From contig OZ076409.1 in the NCBI GenBank assembly GCA_964187785.1, positions 90,708,001-90,772,000 of the forward strand: a stretch of 64,000 nt of DNA, given 5' to 3'. The number at the start of each line of letters is the position of its first letter. The stretch's first letter is position 1. Below, piece by piece: positions 61,023-64,000 of the stretch. Under the pieces are notes generated by a model. That model worked only from the letters and a program-made list of their open reading frames with translations, searched no databases and was not told where the DNA came from. Origin of the DNA: Amphiscolops sp. MND2022. Taxonomy: Eukaryota. The translations under genes were made by a program, and so were the position numbers.

Positions 61023-64000
61023 ATGGATGAAGAAAGTGTGCGTCCCCCCATTCCACCTGGTGGTTTCATCAGTGGGAACGAAACGGTTTATGGACATTCT
61101 GAGTGCGAATTGGGCGAGTCTGACATAGAGTTTGTTCGGGCTACTTCAGGTTGGTAAAATCTTTCTGATTTCCATGGGTATTGGGACTTGCTATTTTGGT
61201 GATCAGCCTTTGTAGTCCTACCCGTAACTCTGACGCGTCTGAATCCAGATTCTGATTTTCAGTAGCTCAACCTGGTACAACGTCTGTTGTTGCTGCTTCT
61301 GCAACTACCGCAGTAGTGACGTCTTGTTCTGGATCATTGTTGCCCGCAGTTTCCTCTATCTTGCCTGTTATTCCCAATGCTGTTATCAACGACATATTAA
61401 CGTCTACTCTCGGACAGGCTGAACTTGCATCTTCTCCGGCAGTAAATGTTCTCCCTCCTGAGGGTGAGGCTAGTGGGTCTAAAAGTGTGCCTACAGTAGA
61501 TGCCGGAGACTCCGACGATGATTCGGATGGGGATGATTCCAGTATTGAGTCCCATGGAGGTGGGACTGTTACCCCCACCAGGAAGAAAGGTTAACATGGT
61601 TGACATAATTTTCTTGGTGTTTGTTTTGTGGTGAGTGGTTTTTACGCTTTGGGTGTCGTTTGCAGGGAAGACTGGTGTATCACGGGGTATGTCCGTTAGC
61701 TTTGGAGTCAGTCCTACGTGTGCCAAGAGAGTGGAGGAAAGTTCTGATGGCGTTGAACTGGCTGCGGATCTGAAGGAGTGGTTGAGTTAGTTGGCCTTTG
61801 TATTTGTATAATGGGGGAGAGGTGTTTTTTTTCTTATTTTTTATGATTGTGTATTGATAGGTCAAGATGACACCGGAGGTACTACGTTTGGGCCGCAGGA
61901 TTGGGTAGCATTGGGTCGCCAGTTAGTGAACGAGGTGGAAACACGCACTTCTGAGGCTATCCAAAGTGGTAAGTTCTTCTTATTATATGGCGGGCGTTGT
62001 GTAGTATTAGTTATCTCTATGGTGGTGGCCTTTACTTGATATTTTTCATGGTGTTGTTATAGGATTTCGGGATCTGTCCGCAAAGTTGAGTCCCAAGAAG
62101 CGCAAGTACAGTAAGCGGAATCTTCTGAGTCGACGGATGCTTGACGAACATCCTACATTCAATGACTTCGTGACTGGTGCCGAAAGTGGGTCAGATGAGT
62201 ACTTCTTCTGTCGGATGTGCAAGCGAGACGTTCCCATACGTGCTCACGGGGTGTCCGAGATCATCCGTCATTTCGGGTCAGTTGGACATTGGCGGCGTGA
62301 TGTTACGTACAGGGTACATATGGATCTGCCTGTGTATAACAAGATTCTGGAGCCAATGATTCTCACCGAAACACAGTTGGCTGACTATCGTGCGCGGCCT
62401 TTTGAAGATCTTGGTGTGGAATTTCCTTTCCCTGAGGATTTGTTGAAGCATTCACATCCAAACTCAAAAGTGCCTTTGATGACCCTAGTGTCAAGTGTTT
62501 GTGAACTGGTTGGCACGGGTGGCGACTTTGTCTTGTTGCGACATCTCTGGGGCCACTTCACGTCTTCGTTGGGCTTCCGGGAGCCTCAATTCTCGATGAA
62601 TTGGAGCCGCTCTGAGACTGTGGTTAGTCTGGTTTATGGTTGTTTCATAGACTGTTGTTTTGTGTTTTTATCTTTCCTCTGATTGTATGACTGACTGCTT
62701 TAGTGTTTGTATCAGCAAATTGGCTTATTTGGTGTGTGTTTTAGGCCCTCCTTTGTCAGGGTCTCGCTCCGCGGGTATTGCGTGCCGTACTGGGCAATGT
62801 GTCTTTGTCACGTGAATACAGTGTGGAGTTTGTAAAGCGCGATGGTCTCGAGTGTTGCTACGTAGTCTACTGGGAGGATGAGAATTTTAAAAGAATCTGC
62901 GTGGATCAACAGCCGTTGGACCAGAAATTCCCTGATGCTGAGTTGGTTCCTCTTGCTCGGGTCCTGTGTAGTTTGACTGATGGGCCTCTGCCAATTTCGA
63001 TCCGTGGTTGTAGTCCGTTGTTATTCCGCGAGCTGTGTGAAAGCCGGGACGATACTCGCCAATTTGTGGTTGTGTCCACTTTCAGCAGCGATGTCTTTCT
63101 CCAGTGCTTTCGCCAAGCGCATCAGGATGTATTCGGGATGGTGGAGTTGGTCACATTGGTCGAATACATTGTGGTTCGGATGAAGAGTGCCATGTACGAG
63201 GAGTGGACGGAGGACAAGGTTGTCTTGCGCCGGTGTATCACCAAAGGAGTTGTGGCTTTTCAAGATCTTCGCGATTTAGTGGGCGAGTTGATCGAGCTGT
63301 GGCCATCGATAAAGCCGTATATTCGTTGTACCGGGCTTCCTCATGCTAAAGATACTGCTGATAAAGTAAGTTGGATATTCATAAATTCTCTTGGTATTGT
63401 GTGTTTCGTTATTTTGATGGCGGTGATTTTGTTTTTTTTAGCTGAAAGGCACTGATTGGAACATCATTGCTGATGAGATGTTTTTTCATCGTCTCGGGCT
63501 TTTACGTCTGATACTTGATACATGTGAGTAAGGGCTATTGAGTTCCGTTTGATATTCGTGATGATTGATTGTGCTTGTGTTGACTGAAGATTCACCTGAT
63601 GGATTGTTCTTGTAGCCTTTGCGTTTTCGTTGAATTGTGAGTATGTCTTGGAGTCGTAGCAGTTGGTTAGTGTCATTTGTGTTTTAGTCTATAACAATTT
63701 CACGAAGTTGCGACAGAGCCGTAGAGATTACAGTTTTCATTCATACGGAGAGCTCTGTAATTTCGTGTATTGCCTTTTGCTGAAGACTCGCGCTGTTGGA
63801 ACTCTTCCGGGCATTCACGAGTGGGAAAAATATATGTCGGCTGAGGCGATTTCATCTTTTCCCGTAGTGGCTCCAGACGCTTTCTTGGCAAATGATGAAT
63901 TCGGAAAAACTTTGATGGTTAGAACGACCGGAGAGCTGCCAGAGTTTCGTTCACGATGTCGACAGTTTCTGGACAGGTTGATCGTCGTGATTGTTGGTAG
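61023..64000 (+). CDS. Second copy of the antisense spliced zinc-finger/hAT-like gene (truncated by window end)
   Basis: Near-identical to 47428-50406; splice sites retained; a few amino-acid changes (GAKS/GAES, DVAI/DVPI, AFED/AFQD). Confidence 0.85.

Larger units (their letters stand above)
44157..64000 (-). mobile_element. Element D: large Ty3/Gypsy retrotransposon with 13.6-kb repeat unit, continuing past window end
   Basis: 44157-50406 is repeated at 57752-64000 (offset 13595/13594, >99% identical by eye); intact pol; PBS after 57752; LTR end GTCGTAACA. Confidence 0.95.

Overview
Repeat-rich eukaryotic (animal-like, spliceosomal introns) DNA containing four Ty3/Gypsy LTR retrotransposon insertions of two families, plus small MITE/HINE-like repeats and a multi-exon host gene of unknown product on the minus strand (~23.4-43.8 kb). 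Family 1 (B 14803-19744, C 34686-40547) has ~215-220 bp LTRs, 5-bp TSDs and disrupted gag-pol. Family 2 (A, 1-14437, + strand; D, 44157 to beyond 64000, - strand, apparently a head-to-tail tandem) is the most interesting. Between pol and the 3' LTR each element carries an intron-containing antisense gene (8 coding exons, ~1050 aa). By eye the product resembles a catalytically dead hAT-transposase derivative with a CCHH zinc finger. The non-coding DNA of each element carries many copies of its own bipartite motif with 11-bp spacing (GATG-N7-GATG in A, CGG-N8-CGG in D). This suggests an element-encoded, sequence-specific self-targeting system, possibly anti-silencing; the function is inference. 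In both elements gag starts inside the LTR, and in D it reads through the primer-binding site. All alignments and counts were made by eye; no database search was run.
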